Assembly: GCA_965220935.1 (NCBI GenBank) | Contig: OZ244857.1 | Span: 2,330,931 to 2,394,930, forward strand | Reading direction: 5' to 3' | From: Rhodothermales bacterium | GTDB taxonomy: Bacteria; Bacteroidota; Rhodothermia; Rhodothermales; Bin80 | DNA: 64,000 nt | Part shown: in pieces, positions 20,269-29,780 of the stretch | How the letters are laid out: the number at the start of each line of letters is the position of its first letter | Position numbering within the stretch: position 1 is the stretch's first letter | The notes under the pieces: generated by a model | What the model was told of the DNA's origin: nothing | Databases searched by the model: none | What the model saw: only the letters and a program-made list of their open reading frames with translations | Made by a program: the position numbers and the translations under genes

Positions 20269-21906
20269 TCACTTTTTTTTGATTTTCTGCTCATTTCTTA
20301 GGAATGCATGTAATTTGGCATCAAACTGTGCAGGGGCTTCATCTTTACTCAAAGAGACTACAGAGATATGATCTTTTTCTTTGAACATCCATGCTCCGAA
20401 AACACTCATGGCATCCACTTGTTGCGCCGACAGGCGATCGGAAGTCTGACGTGCATCATCATAAAAACTTGACTTTGCTTCCTTCAAGATCTCTTGATCC
20501 CCTGTCCACTTGAGGTGCGACACGGGCACACCGCTAATCATGAAGTGAATTTCTGTTTCTTGTTTGCATTGATAGACAACGGCCCCCGTTCGATCCAACA
20601 ATGGAGTCTTTAAAAAGTGCGGACGTAATCCTATGGACTGCAAAGTATTTAAGAAGTCACGCTTTTGAGCTGCCACTTCATAATCTTGGGATTGAGAGGC
20701 TTCTTCAATCTCATCCATCAGTGTCGTCAAAGCCTCAACGTCTGTGCCTTGCAACAATGCCATTGCATTTTGAAGTCCGTCATTTGCTAATCGCCCTCCA
20801 ATCTTTGACGAAGTTAAGCCGACTCCATCTTGCTCAAATGATCTAAATGAATAAGGCGCATCTCCAAATAAATGAACTAATGCCCGCGTTAATTGAATCG
20901 CTTCTTTTCGGCTAGGCATTGGCCCGAAGTACTGGGCACCGTCTAAGCGAACATGCTCAATCACCGTGGCCCACATAGAACTTCCAATCACTCCAAGACG
21001 AATAAATGGCTTGTGTTGATACGTTCGGCCTGCCTTATTAAATGGGGGCACAAATTCTTTAATCAATCGAGATTCAAGCAGTAATGCTTCTAATTCGGTC
21101 GGTGTAACGATCCATTTGATGTCATGCACTTGACGGATCATTTGGCGAATGTGCTTGGCATGTCCCTCAACACCATTAAAGTAACTGCGAACCCTGTTAC
21201 TTAGAACCTTGGCTTTGCCAATATATAGCAAACGACGGCCCTTGCCAAACATTTTATATACTCCTGATACATTTGGAATTTTCGTTATACAGGCTTCAAC
21301 CTTTGATAGGTTTTTCTGGATGGATTTTTTTTCATACCGAGAATTCTGAAATCGAAGAAGTTGGTCTAACTCGGTGATTTCATGCTGTCGTTTAAGCCTG
21401 TCGATTAGATGCATTAATACTTCATGTGTTGAGCGTACATCACTCAAGGCACGATGGCGACTATTGGTTTGAATATTATAAAAATTAATCAAGCTCCCTA
21501 AACTTCTTGAAGGAAGTCCTGGCAGCAAGCGTCTAGCAAGTCGTACAGTGCACAGTTTTGAATTTGTTAACTCTGGTAGGTGGGCACGCTGCAGCTCCGA
21601 TTTGATAAAGTTCCAGTCAAAGGAACAATTATGGGCCACAAACACAGCCTCTCCAAGAAATTCAATAAAATCGGGTAACACGTCGTAGGCTCGTGGAGCG
21701 CCATCAACGTCGGCTGATATTATTCCAGTGATTCTTGTTATCACTTTGGGAATTGACCGCTCAGGATCAATCAACGATTCAAAGGTGTCAACCACCCTGT
21801 CTCCACAGATTCTCAGAGCCGCTAACTCAATCATTCGTTCATTAGCTGGATCTATTCCAGTGGTTTCCAAATCCACAATGACAAGATCTGCGTCCTCAAT
21901 CAACAT
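20269..21906 (-). CDS. DnaQ-like DEDDh 3'-5' exonuclease fused to a GIY-YIG (Cho/UvrC-like) nuclease domain
   Basis: Exo motifs 'VIVDLETTG', 'FVAHNCSFDWNF' and 'HRALSDV', followed by the GIY-YIG motif 'SGVYKMFGKGRRLLYIGKAKVLSNRVRSYF'. Confidence 0.8.
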   Translation of the reverse strand: MLIEDADLVIVDLETTGIDPANERMIELAALRICGDRVVDTFESLIDPERSIPKVITRITGIISADVDGAPRAYDVLPDFIEFLGEAVFVAHNCSFDWNFIKSELQRAHLPELTNSKLCTVRLARRLLPGLPSRSLGSLINFYNIQTNSRHRALSDVRSTHEVLMHLIDRLKRQHEITELDQLLRFQNSRYEKKSIQKNLSKVEACITKIPNVSGVYKMFGKGRRLLYIGKAKVLSNRVRSYFNGVEGHAKHIRQMIRQVHDIKWIVTPTELEALLLESRLIKEFVPPFNKAGRTYQHKPFIRLGVIGSSMWATVIEHVRLDGAQYFGPMPSRKEAIQLTRALVHLFGDAPYSFRSFEQDGVGLTSSKIGGRLANDGLQNAMALLQGTDVEALTTLMDEIEEASQSQDYEVAAQKRDFLNTLQSIGLRPHFLKTPLLDRTGAVVYQCKQETEIHFMISGVPVSHLKWTGDQEILKEAKSSFYDDARQTSDRLSAQQVDAMSVFGAWMFKEKDHISVVSLSKDEAPAQFDAKLHAFLRNEQKIKKK

Positions 21907-21988
21907 CCTTACTTTTCATTGAAGCCTTTTCCCAAAGTAGTGCGTATGACAGGTTTGGATCATCTTTAACCACAACTACTATATATTG

Positions 21989-22936
21989 ATGCTGAAAGTT
22001 ACCGTCATTGGCGCTGGGAATGTTGGAGCCACCGTTGCAGAGTGTGTTGCCCGCAAAGATATGGTTAATGAAGTCATCTTGATTGACATCAAGGAAGGTC
22101 TGTCAGAGGGCAAAGCGCTTGACATCGCCGAGTCTGGACCGATTCATTTGTTTGACACCTCCGTTCGCGGGGTTACCAATGACTACGATGAAACGGCTGA
22201 CTCGGACATAGGTGTGATCACCAGTGGTGTACCACGAAGGCCTGGCATGAGTCGTGATGATTTGTTAGCAATTAATGCTAAGATCGTACGCTCTGTCACC
22301 GAATCATTTATATCTCGTAGCCCCAATGCAATCATCATCGTCATTTCTAACCCCCTTGACGTAATGACGTATGTTGCCCATGAGACCAGTGGCTTTCCGT
22401 CAAGTCGGGTCTTTGGTATGGCAGGTGTTCTTGATACAGCGCGATTTAGGTCTTTCATTTCTGCAGAATTGGGCGCCTCAGTCAAAGATATTGAGGCCCT
22501 GTTAATGGGGGGGCATGGGGATACAATGGTTCCACTTCCCCGTTATACCAGTGTTGGAGGGATTCCCCTGACTGAACTGCTATCTGAAGATCAAATCAAA
22601 GCAATTGTTGAGCGAACCAAGGGAGGAGGCGGCGAAATCGTACAGCTGATGGGCACTTCGGCCTGGTATGCACCAGGGGCTGCTGCAGCCGAGATGGTGG
22701 AAGCCATCGTTAAAGATTCTGGTAGAATTCTTCCATGTGCTGTTCGCCCTGATGGTGAATATGGACTTTCAGATTTATTTATAGGACTGCCTATCCGTCT
22801 TGGACGCACTGGAATACAAGAAATTATTACGGTAGATCTAAATGAGTCCGAACAGGCGCTTCTTGAGGTCTCTGCCACCCATATTCGCAATAACTTTGAA
22901 GCGCTCAGGCGTGTACTCAGTCAACCCGCTTCTTGA
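21989..22936 (+). CDS. mdh: malate dehydrogenase (LDH-like family)
   Basis: 'KVTVIGAGNVGAT', 'GVPRRPGMSRDDLL', 'GGHGDTMVP'. ATG at 21989 preferred over TTG at 21986. Confidence 0.9.
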   Translation: MLKVTVIGAGNVGATVAECVARKDMVNEVILIDIKEGLSEGKALDIAESGPIHLFDTSVRGVTNDYDETADSDIGVITSGVPRRPGMSRDDLLAINAKIVRSVTESFISRSPNAIIIVISNPLDVMTYVAHETSGFPSSRVFGMAGVLDTARFRSFISAELGASVKDIEALLMGGHGDTMVPLPRYTSVGGIPLTELLSEDQIKAIVERTKGGGGEIVQLMGTSAWYAPGAAAAEMVEAIVKDSGRILPCAVRPDGEYGLSDLFIGLPIRLGRTGIQEIITVDLNESEQALLEVSATHIRNNFEALRRVLSQPAS

Positions 22937-23195
22937 GCAGGACGATGGTTGCACCCCAACTACTGTGGTCGGTTGGTGACCTCCATGAATCAACTATAGG
23001 TGATTTTTCTAAAACATCGTGTACTAATTTCCGAAGTGTACCAGTGCCTTTTCCATGTATGATACGAACGCGGAATATTCCACCTTTATGGCACGCTCGA
23101 AGGTACTCCTCTGTCACATCAGCTACATCTCGGGAATGAAATGTATGAAGATCCAAAATGCCATCTGTCGGATATTTGATCAATTCTTCACCCAT
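22917..23195 (-). CDS. Smr domain protein
   Basis: 92 aa. 'LDLHTFHSRDVADV...RVRIIHGKGTGTLRKLVHDVL' is the Smr/MutS2 C-terminal domain pattern. Its 3' end overlaps the mdh 3' end convergently. Confidence 0.8.
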   Translation of the reverse strand: MGEELIKYPTDGILDLHTFHSRDVADVTEEYLRACHKGGIFRVRIIHGKGTGTLRKLVHDVLEKSPIVDSWRSPTDHSSWGATIVLLKKRVD

Positions 23196-23579
23196 TGACA
23201 GGCTCCACTTGTAGAATTAGCAGGCGATATTTTTCTGCAGTGACTAAAACTATCAGGGTATCAGTCTAAGGGATACGATATCATACCCTATCGCAGTCAT
23301 CCAATATCAGGCAAAATATTAGTCGTGATCATAGAATCGTTGCCTGCCATGGTACGGAAAATTTGATCTTTGAGGTCACATAAAACAAATCTTCATATTA
23401 ATATAAACGACCTCGCATCATGCTGTAAATACCTATAGTACCAAAATTGTTTCATAATTCGGTATCTTATATAGAGGAAATCTTCATCATTGAAGTGATA
23501 CATTGAGGGTAATTCACGGTTAGGACTCGTATATTTGAACCCTACGCCTTGTAGTTGTAAATATTAAACGGTAATTATT

Positions 23580-24269
23580 TTGACAAAAGCGTCCAGAATT
23601 ATTCGCAAGGACACAGACAGACGTGCTTCAGCACTGAGTCGTTATGATGCCCTTTACACGATGCCTGACGAGGATCTGATGGAGCTTTTTCAAGCTGGCA
23701 CTGTGGAGGCATACAATATCTTAGTTGATCGTTACAGCGAGCGACTGATGCACTATCTGTATGGATTTTTAGGAGACAAAAAGCGGTGTGAAGATCTTCT
23801 TCAAGAGACATTCTTGCGTGTCCACCGTAACCGACATTCCTATCAGCGAATTGCAAAATTCTCTACATGGTTGTACACGATTGCTGGTAATTTAGCGCGT
23901 AGTGAATATCGAAAACAGAAGCGTCGACATATGTCTTCAATTCAATCCATGAGTCGGGATAACGAAGAATACGAAATGCCTCTGCCTGATGAGACATTTG
24001 CTCCTGATAAGCATACCGAAAGCGTATTGCAGAAAAGCAGTATTCACAAAGCACTTGATGTACTCCCTGCCAGTTTCCGTGAAATCATTATTCTGCGGGA
24101 TATCCAACAACTCGCTTATAATGAAATTTCGAACATTACTGGGCTACCGATGGGAACCGTTAAAAGTCGCATTAATCGGGGGCGCAGAAAAATGCAAGAT
24201 TTGTTGAAAGATGTTTATCCGTTTGATGAACAGCATGGTCAGACTGATACGGAATTAAGCAAAAATTAA
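23580..24269 (+). CDS. RNA polymerase sigma-70 family (ECF-type) factor, paralogue 1
   Basis: Region 2 'CEDLLQETFLRVHRNRHSY...FSTWLYTIAGNLA' and region 4 'LAYNEISNITGLPMGTVKSRINRGRRKM'. TTG start. Confidence 0.85.
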   Translation: MTKASRIIRKDTDRRASALSRYDALYTMPDEDLMELFQAGTVEAYNILVDRYSERLMHYLYGFLGDKKRCEDLLQETFLRVHRNRHSYQRIAKFSTWLYTIAGNLARSEYRKQKRRHMSSIQSMSRDNEEYEMPLPDETFAPDKHTESVLQKSSIHKALDVLPASFREIIILRDIQQLAYNEISNITGLPMGTVKSRINRGRRKMQDLLKDVYPFDEQHGQTDTELSKN

Positions 24270-24277
24270 AACGATCT

Positions 24278-24622
24278 ATGAACCTGCTTGCTGATGCATA
24301 CACCTGTCAGCGCATCATCATTGAGAAAGAGTCGCAGACACTCATCATCCTTTGGGGGGATGGACATCAATCCGTCTTCCCATTAGACGGCTTAAGACGA
24401 GCTTGCCCCTGCGCTGGATGCCAAGGACATGAGAAGATGCATGAACTTCCTGATCCTGAAATATTTCGGATCCCGGCGTTGATGAGATGGGAAGATGTCA
24501 GAGCCGAAGTCGCTGGAAGCGTTGGACTCAGGCTTCACTGGGATGATGGACACAATAGCGGGATCTATACATGGTCACGACTTAGATCAATAAGCCAAGC
24601 CATCAATCCTCAATTACAATAG
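24278..24622 (+). CDS. DUF971-family protein (gamma-butyrobetaine hydroxylase-like N-terminal domain)
   Basis: 'ILWGDGHQSVFPLDGLRRACPCAGC' and 'RLHWDDGHNSGIYTWSRLR' match the DUF971 pattern. Confidence 0.7.
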   Translation: MNLLADAYTCQRIIIEKESQTLIILWGDGHQSVFPLDGLRRACPCAGCQGHEKMHELPDPEIFRIPALMRWEDVRAEVAGSVGLRLHWDDGHNSGIYTWSRLRSISQAINPQLQ

Positions 24623-24862
24623 TCAGAGAATAATATTCGTTATTGTCTCAGCTGATCCTTGGCCATCAGACTCGTCTTTCGAGGATTCGCCTTGTTGTTA
24701 CTGAAACCATGGAATTCTGAGATTTGTGAAAAATTTGAAAAGATTCGCGATCTCAATAAATTAGTTACTCTCTAATCAGTAATTTTGTGTAACATAAAAC
24801 GGTTCAGGTCGTACCTACGGGGTGATTTGGACTTACCATTTCTTAATTAATTCAATACTTTC

Positions 24863-25558
24863 GTGAATCATATAACACGTATCATTAGAAAAGATGCTCG
24901 GAGGCGGAGTGCCCTGAGCCGCTTTGACGCACTCCACGAGATGAGCGATGAAGATCTCATGGAGCACTTTCAGGCAGGGGTTGTTGAGGCTTACAACATC
25001 CTGTGGGAGCGCTGGACAGGCCCGTTGGTAAATTTTCTTTATCGGTTTACCGGCGACAAGAAAGCTTGTGAAGATTTAATTCAGGAAACATTTCTCCGTG
25101 TCTACCGAAACCGCCATTCCTACAAAAGGATTGCTAAGTTCTCAACTTGGCTCTATACGATTGCTGGAAACTTGGCTAAAACTGAATATCGCAAGCGTAG
25201 CAGACGTCGCATGGACTCAATCCAATCATTTAACCGTGATGGGGAAGAGTTTGAAATGCCGCTTCCTGACGAAACATTTTCACCGCTCCGGCACGCGGAG
25301 GGTGCTCTTCTGGACCACTTTATACAAATGGGAATCCTAGCTTTACCCTATCACTTCCGTGAGGTTGTTATTTTGCGAGATATCCAACAACTGACCTATG
25401 AAGAGATTGGCGACATCACTGGCTTACCGATGGGCACTGTAAAAAGCCGAATTAATCGTGGCCGCACTAAGCTACAAGATCTCCTGCAGGGGATTTACCC
25501 CTTCAAGGATGAGGAGGACGATGTGGAAGAGGATGAGGCTCTCCCCGAATACGCGTGA
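24863..25558 (+). CDS. RNA polymerase sigma-70 family (ECF-type) factor, paralogue 2
   Basis: Collinear with paralogue 1 over the full length and clearly homologous by eye (RIIRKD..RRSALSR.DAL..M.DEDLME.FQAG.VEAYNIL...). Acidic C-terminal tail. GTG start. Confidence 0.85.
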   Translation: MNHITRIIRKDARRRSALSRFDALHEMSDEDLMEHFQAGVVEAYNILWERWTGPLVNFLYRFTGDKKACEDLIQETFLRVYRNRHSYKRIAKFSTWLYTIAGNLAKTEYRKRSRRRMDSIQSFNRDGEEFEMPLPDETFSPLRHAEGALLDHFIQMGILALPYHFREVVILRDIQQLTYEEIGDITGLPMGTVKSRINRGRTKLQDLLQGIYPFKDEEDDVEEDEALPEYA

Positions 25559-25571
25559 GCTCCTTGCTGAG

Positions 25572-25667
25572 TTAGTCAGTCAACTGAATGAAGATTACCA
25601 TCAGTAGTACGAATGCTAAGATGATGTAAATCGCGGTGATGATATTTTTTCGTTGTTTTCGATTCAT
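25572..25667 (-). CDS. possible 31-aa single-TM micro-protein
   Basis: ATG at 25667 reads MNRKQRKNIITAIYIILAFVLLMVIFIQLTD then TAA: a basic N-terminus followed by one hydrophobic helix. Below the ORF-track cut-off. No homology evidence. Confidence 0.2.
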   Translation of the reverse strand: MNRKQRKNIITAIYIILAFVLLMVIFIQLTD

Positions 25668-25938
25668 TGATAGACTATTGAATTTGTTCAATTAAGTGAT
25701 GGATGCGGGATCGCCTTCGTGCGTCTTACCTATGATCATTGCAGTTTGTTCTATAGGCTAATTCTGTTTCCTTAGGATGCGTATTGCGTTCATTTTCTCC
25801 CACACTCTACACGCAATTGGTGTCTCACGATTTGTGGTATGTTCTGATTCATGACATTGTTGTCCCTGACGACTTTATGATCCATCTATAAATCGTTGCA
25901 CTATGAGTAAAATCGTGAAAGACATCTATCTTTGAACG

Positions 25939-27075
25939 ATGCGCCGAGCCATTGATACGCAGTTGATCCATGCTGGTGAAGAGCGACGCATTGAAGGTGC
26001 GATCCGTATGCCAATTTTCCAAACAGCAATGTTTGAACATGATGATGCCCCTTTAAGATACATCCGATACAATAACACCCCTAATCAGAAAGTACTAAAC
26101 CGTAAACTCGCAATCTTAGAAGGTGCAGAAGATGGTTTAATTACTGGGAGCGGAATGGCGGCGATCACCTGTGCAATTCTTGCAACCGTTAAACCTGGAG
26201 ACCACCTCCTCGCTCAAAAGAGTCTCTATGGAGGAACTCATAAATTTATTCTCAACCTCCTCGCTGACCTTGATGTCACGGTTACCTTTTTTGACGCAAA
26301 TGCACCAGAAACATGGGATGCTCTTTTGAAAACCAATACGCGGGCCGTCTATATTGAATCCATCACAAATCCGCTAGTTCAGGTCTGTGACCTTGAGCAA
26401 ATCATTGAGTTTAGTCATGCAAATAATCTGGTATCCATGATTGATAATACATTCGCTTCCCCGTATAATTATCAGGCGGCAGTGGCAGGATTTGATTTTT
26501 CTCTTCACAGTGCCACCAAATACCTCAATGGTCACTCAGATGTCGTCGCTGGTGCGATAACTGGAAAGGCAGAATTGGTGCAAAAATCTGCAAAGAATTT
26601 GGCTCAACTTGGCGGCACCCTTGACCCAAATTCATGTTTTTTGTTACACCGCGGACTTCAAACACTTGCACTTCGTATGCGGCAACATAACGCCTCTGCT
26701 CAGTCGCTAGCCGAATTCCTTAAGTCCCATCCTAAAGTTGCTCATGTCAATTACCCTGGATTGACTTCACATCCTCATCATGAGCGTGCATCTCGCCTAT
26801 TTAAAGGATATAGTGGCATGTTAAGTTTTGAATTAGCAGGCGGCTTAGAATCTGCAAACAGTCTGATTAACCTCTTACAAATCCCAGTCTTTGCGCCGAG
26901 TCTTGGGGGTGTTGAATCCCTCATTACTCGCCCAGTCATTAGCTCTCATTCAGGGCTCGACACCAATGAATTAGAATCCTCTGGAATTCGTGACCACCTG
27001 ATTCGAATATCTGTCGGGATTGAAGATAAGCAGGATTTAATCAACGATTTTGAGCAGGCCCTGAATCAATTATAA
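25939..27075 (+). CDS. Cys/Met-metabolism PLP-dependent enzyme (cystathionine gamma-synthase / beta- or gamma-lyase family)
   Basis: 'DNTFASPYNYQ' and the PLP-lysine motif 'HSATKYLNGHSDVVAG'. 378 aa. Confidence 0.85.
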   Translation: MRRAIDTQLIHAGEERRIEGAIRMPIFQTAMFEHDDAPLRYIRYNNTPNQKVLNRKLAILEGAEDGLITGSGMAAITCAILATVKPGDHLLAQKSLYGGTHKFILNLLADLDVTVTFFDANAPETWDALLKTNTRAVYIESITNPLVQVCDLEQIIEFSHANNLVSMIDNTFASPYNYQAAVAGFDFSLHSATKYLNGHSDVVAGAITGKAELVQKSAKNLAQLGGTLDPNSCFLLHRGLQTLALRMRQHNASAQSLAEFLKSHPKVAHVNYPGLTSHPHHERASRLFKGYSGMLSFELAGGLESANSLINLLQIPVFAPSLGGVESLITRPVISSHSGLDTNELESSGIRDHLIRISVGIEDKQDLINDFEQALNQL

Positions 27076-27192
27076 TTTTCAGGGGCACTTATTTCTGCAA
27101 CCACTTCAGAGATTCTTGCACCGCAAAATCATCCTGATCCTCCGCCTATTAACTGATCTGACATCAAAGCTCACTCAAAAAGAAATCTCCAA

Positions 27193-27217
27193 TTAATATG
27201 AATCTGATTTCCAATGA
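27193..27217. repeat. target-site duplication, left copy, of decayed IS1634-family copy A
   Basis: ATTAATATGAATCTGATTTCCAATGA here versus ATTGATATGAATCTGATTTCCAATGA at 29043-29067 (one mismatch; the last 22 nt are identical). Confidence 0.75.
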
Positions 27218-29042
27218 CCTGACTTCGACGGTTTCAGATTTGAAAGCCCTATCAAATATAGGAATTCTGAAAAAACTGAACACTACCAGCCCCCTTATTT
27301 CAGGGGGAAACGATGAAAATCAAGACCGATTGGGGGTCTTTTAGGTGCTGACCCCAGTAGCACGGTCTCACGCTGTATCTTCAGTCCGACCGTCTGATAG
27401 AGGCGTGCCCCCGCATCGGTCACCTTGGATGGAAGCAGATAGTGGGCTTGATTGCCTTGATCATAGAGGTTTCTACCGTGCTCAGTTCTGCTAAAATCTG
27501 TCCCTCACTCAGACGCTGTTTCCCTCCAAACCTTGCGTTGTATCGGTGTCGTAGAATCCGTAATAGGGCAAAGGCGACAAAACAAATGGCCAGATGTGCG
27601 CGGACCCGACGTTCTTTCCAGTGAAAGACAGGGCGTACGGCCATGGTGTGCTTCATCACGCGGAATCCTTCTTCAATCCGCCATAACTCCCCATAATACT
27701 GATAGATTCGCTCGGGGGACGGATCCTCTAAACTCGTCCACACACCATGTAACCCATCAAACTTCTTGTCTTTTTCAATCGCGGCCTCAGTGACGCCATC
27801 TTGCTCTATATGAAGAAAACGCCCTGCGCGCCCCGTCCCTTTGACTCCCTGGTTCTTGACGTTCTCAATCGCCTTGTCCCGTAACTTCACATCCCGTGCG
27901 GCTTTTTTCGGACAATATCGTAGAATCAGACGCCGACCTGCAAGTTTGTGCTCGCGGACCTTACGCCCCGTTGGTAGGACCTTCCACGACGTATCTTGAC
28001 CTGCGTCTGCACTTTGTTCAACGATCGTAAGCGCGCCGCCACCACATAATCACAGTTCCAACTTCTGAGTAAGGCTAAATTATCTTTACTCAACATCCCC
28101 CCATCAGCTACCACGATCATCTGATCCAAATCAAACCGCTCACGGAGCTTGGTCATGGCGGGTTCCAGCGTCTTTACATCGGTGGTATTGCCAGCTCGTA
28201 GGTCACTGGAAGCCCCTCTTTGGTTTGAATCAACGCCAATACCACCTGAACCCTTTGTGGCTTTCCATCTTTACTCTATCCCTTCTTGCGCAGCTCATCT
28301 GAATTCTCGCTGGCAAAACTCAGCGTTGTAACATCAAAAAAGAGCACCGTTAACTTTCCCCCAAGCCGTCCCAACGTTTGATCTGATATACGTTGCTTGA
28401 ACGCCATCATCGGTGACCGCATCCATCATCCTGTAAAACTTCTCCACCTCAACCCCCGCATCCTTAGACATCTTTCGGCTATGGCCCAGTTTACTCTCCC
28501 CAGGTGTGGCCAGACGCAGTAACACCGCCTGAAGCGTCGCGCCATCACGAATCAAACACCTCTGCAAACCCCATCTGATCATACCGATCACCTCATGAAA
28601 GCCCAAACATATCCGTCGTATCTCATGAAACTTCCGCGCATCCTTTATCACCAGAGTCTTATCCTCGCGCTTCTTCTTTCTGGCTGCCACCACCTCATCC
28701 ACATACGACTCTGCGGGGAATAATGTGGGATGGCGCGCCTCTTGGATCCGCGCCAGTTCCAGATAGGCGATTTTGACCAGCCCATCCACCGCATCTGGAT
28801 GCACACTTCCCATGTGCCGAATCATGCGAATCCGCCTGATTGTGGTAACTCTCAACAATCTGGACTGCAATGTTTTTAGTAGTTTTACGCTTGAGTTCTC
28901 TGATAAACATGAGCACCTATATTTACACATATACGACATAAAAACCAAAATTCCAAAACTGAACACTACACACCAAAATCGCCGAAAAGCTATATAAATA
29001 AGGGGTTTAAAATCTCAAAAATCTGAAACCGTCGAAGTCGGG
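27218..29042 (-). mobile_element. IS1634-family element, decayed copy A (1825 bp)
   Basis: Same termini (CCTGACTTCGACGGTTTCAGATTT ... AAATCTGAAACCGTCGAAGTCGGG) and near-identical sequence to the intact copy at 55401-57299, but with several small deletions (for example near 27455-27465) that break the transposase frame. Confidence 0.85.
27420..28966 (-). pseudogene. IS1634-family transposase pseudogene (three ORF fragments 27420-27890, 27926-28156, 28334-28966)
   Basis: The fragments are collinear with the 562-aa transposase at 55478-57166, with long near-identical stretches (e.g. KLRDKAIENVKNQGVKGTGRAGRFLHIEQDGV...) interrupted by indels. Confidence 0.85.
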
Positions 29043-29067
29043 ATTGATATGAATCTGATTTCCAATG
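29043..29067. repeat. target-site duplication, right copy, of IS1634-family copy A
   Basis: See 27193-27217. Confidence 0.75.
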
Positions 29068-29078
29068 AGTCACATCCA

Positions 29079-29357
29079 CTAGTTGTTAAACCATACTGGC
29101 ACATCGTCATCATCAACGACTTGAATATCCTGAATTGCAAACCATCCCTCATTTTCAGTACCACTACTGTTGATATACGTATCAGACTCACCATCAAGAA
29201 CATCAATATCAACCACCAAAACGAGATCCTTTATCATTCCTGGGCCTACCTCTACTTTTTGTGCTACATCTGCTACTCGGCCTTGAATTGCACCTACGGC
29301 AATGGCATCCTGCGAATATAAATGTACCCGCACTTGCTTACCCAAAAGATGATACAT
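29079..29357 (-). CDS. hypothetical protein
   Basis: 92-aa ORF directly downstream of the lipoprotein gene. No motif recognised. The IS copy A duplication starts ~10 nt past its stop codon. Confidence 0.35.
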   Translation of the reverse strand: MYHLLGKQVRVHLYSQDAIAVGAIQGRVADVAQKVEVGPGMIKDLVLVVDIDVLDGESDTYINSSGTENEGWFAIQDIQVVDDDDVPVWFNN

Positions 29358-29363
29358 AGGGAT

Positions 29364-29768
29364 CTACTGCTCAGATGGGGTCACAACCATTGGCACATCA
29401 AGCGAGTATTGGACAGCATGTAGCATCCCTCTCATTTCCTGTTCACTCAGGGTTAGTGAAACATTCATTCTTCCGAATTCAGGATTGTCAAATGAAAACG
29501 AAAGCGTCTGAGTCTCTTGATCAAACTCTACGGATTCTGCCTCAATCGTGTTTTCCTCTTGCGCTTCAGATATGTAAGCCTGCAGTCCGTCTTCATTTTC
29601 AGTAACTAACAGATCCCCCGTGAATAGGCCCTCTGGAGACTCAATCACGTATTCCCATGCTCCAACTACTGGGTTTGATGGCTCATTTGACACTTTCCCT
29701 GAAGATGCACAACCACTTACCAAAATGATACTGGCGAGTAGCACACACCTATTCGTGAGTGTCTTCAT
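29364..29768 (-). CDS. putative lipoprotein
   Basis: Signal peptide with lipobox 'LASIILVSGC'. 134 aa. Confidence 0.6.
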   Translation of the reverse strand: MKTLTNRCVLLASIILVSGCASSGKVSNEPSNPVVGAWEYVIESPEGLFTGDLLVTENEDGLQAYISEAQEENTIEAESVEFDQETQTLSFSFDNPEFGRMNVSLTLSEQEMRGMLHAVQYSLDVPMVVTPSEQ

Positions 29769-29780
29769 CTTGTCTAGTTG

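Noticed and set aside
20273-20280. T8 run at the 3' end of the DnaQ-GIY-YIG gene as a phase-variation tract
   Set aside because: It encodes the in-frame C-terminal KKK tail, and no frame disruption is present.
28334-28966. 210-aa ORF as an independent gene
   Set aside because: It is a fused, indel-scrambled fragment of the IS1634 transposase N-terminus, collinear with 56.5-57.16 kb of the intact copy.
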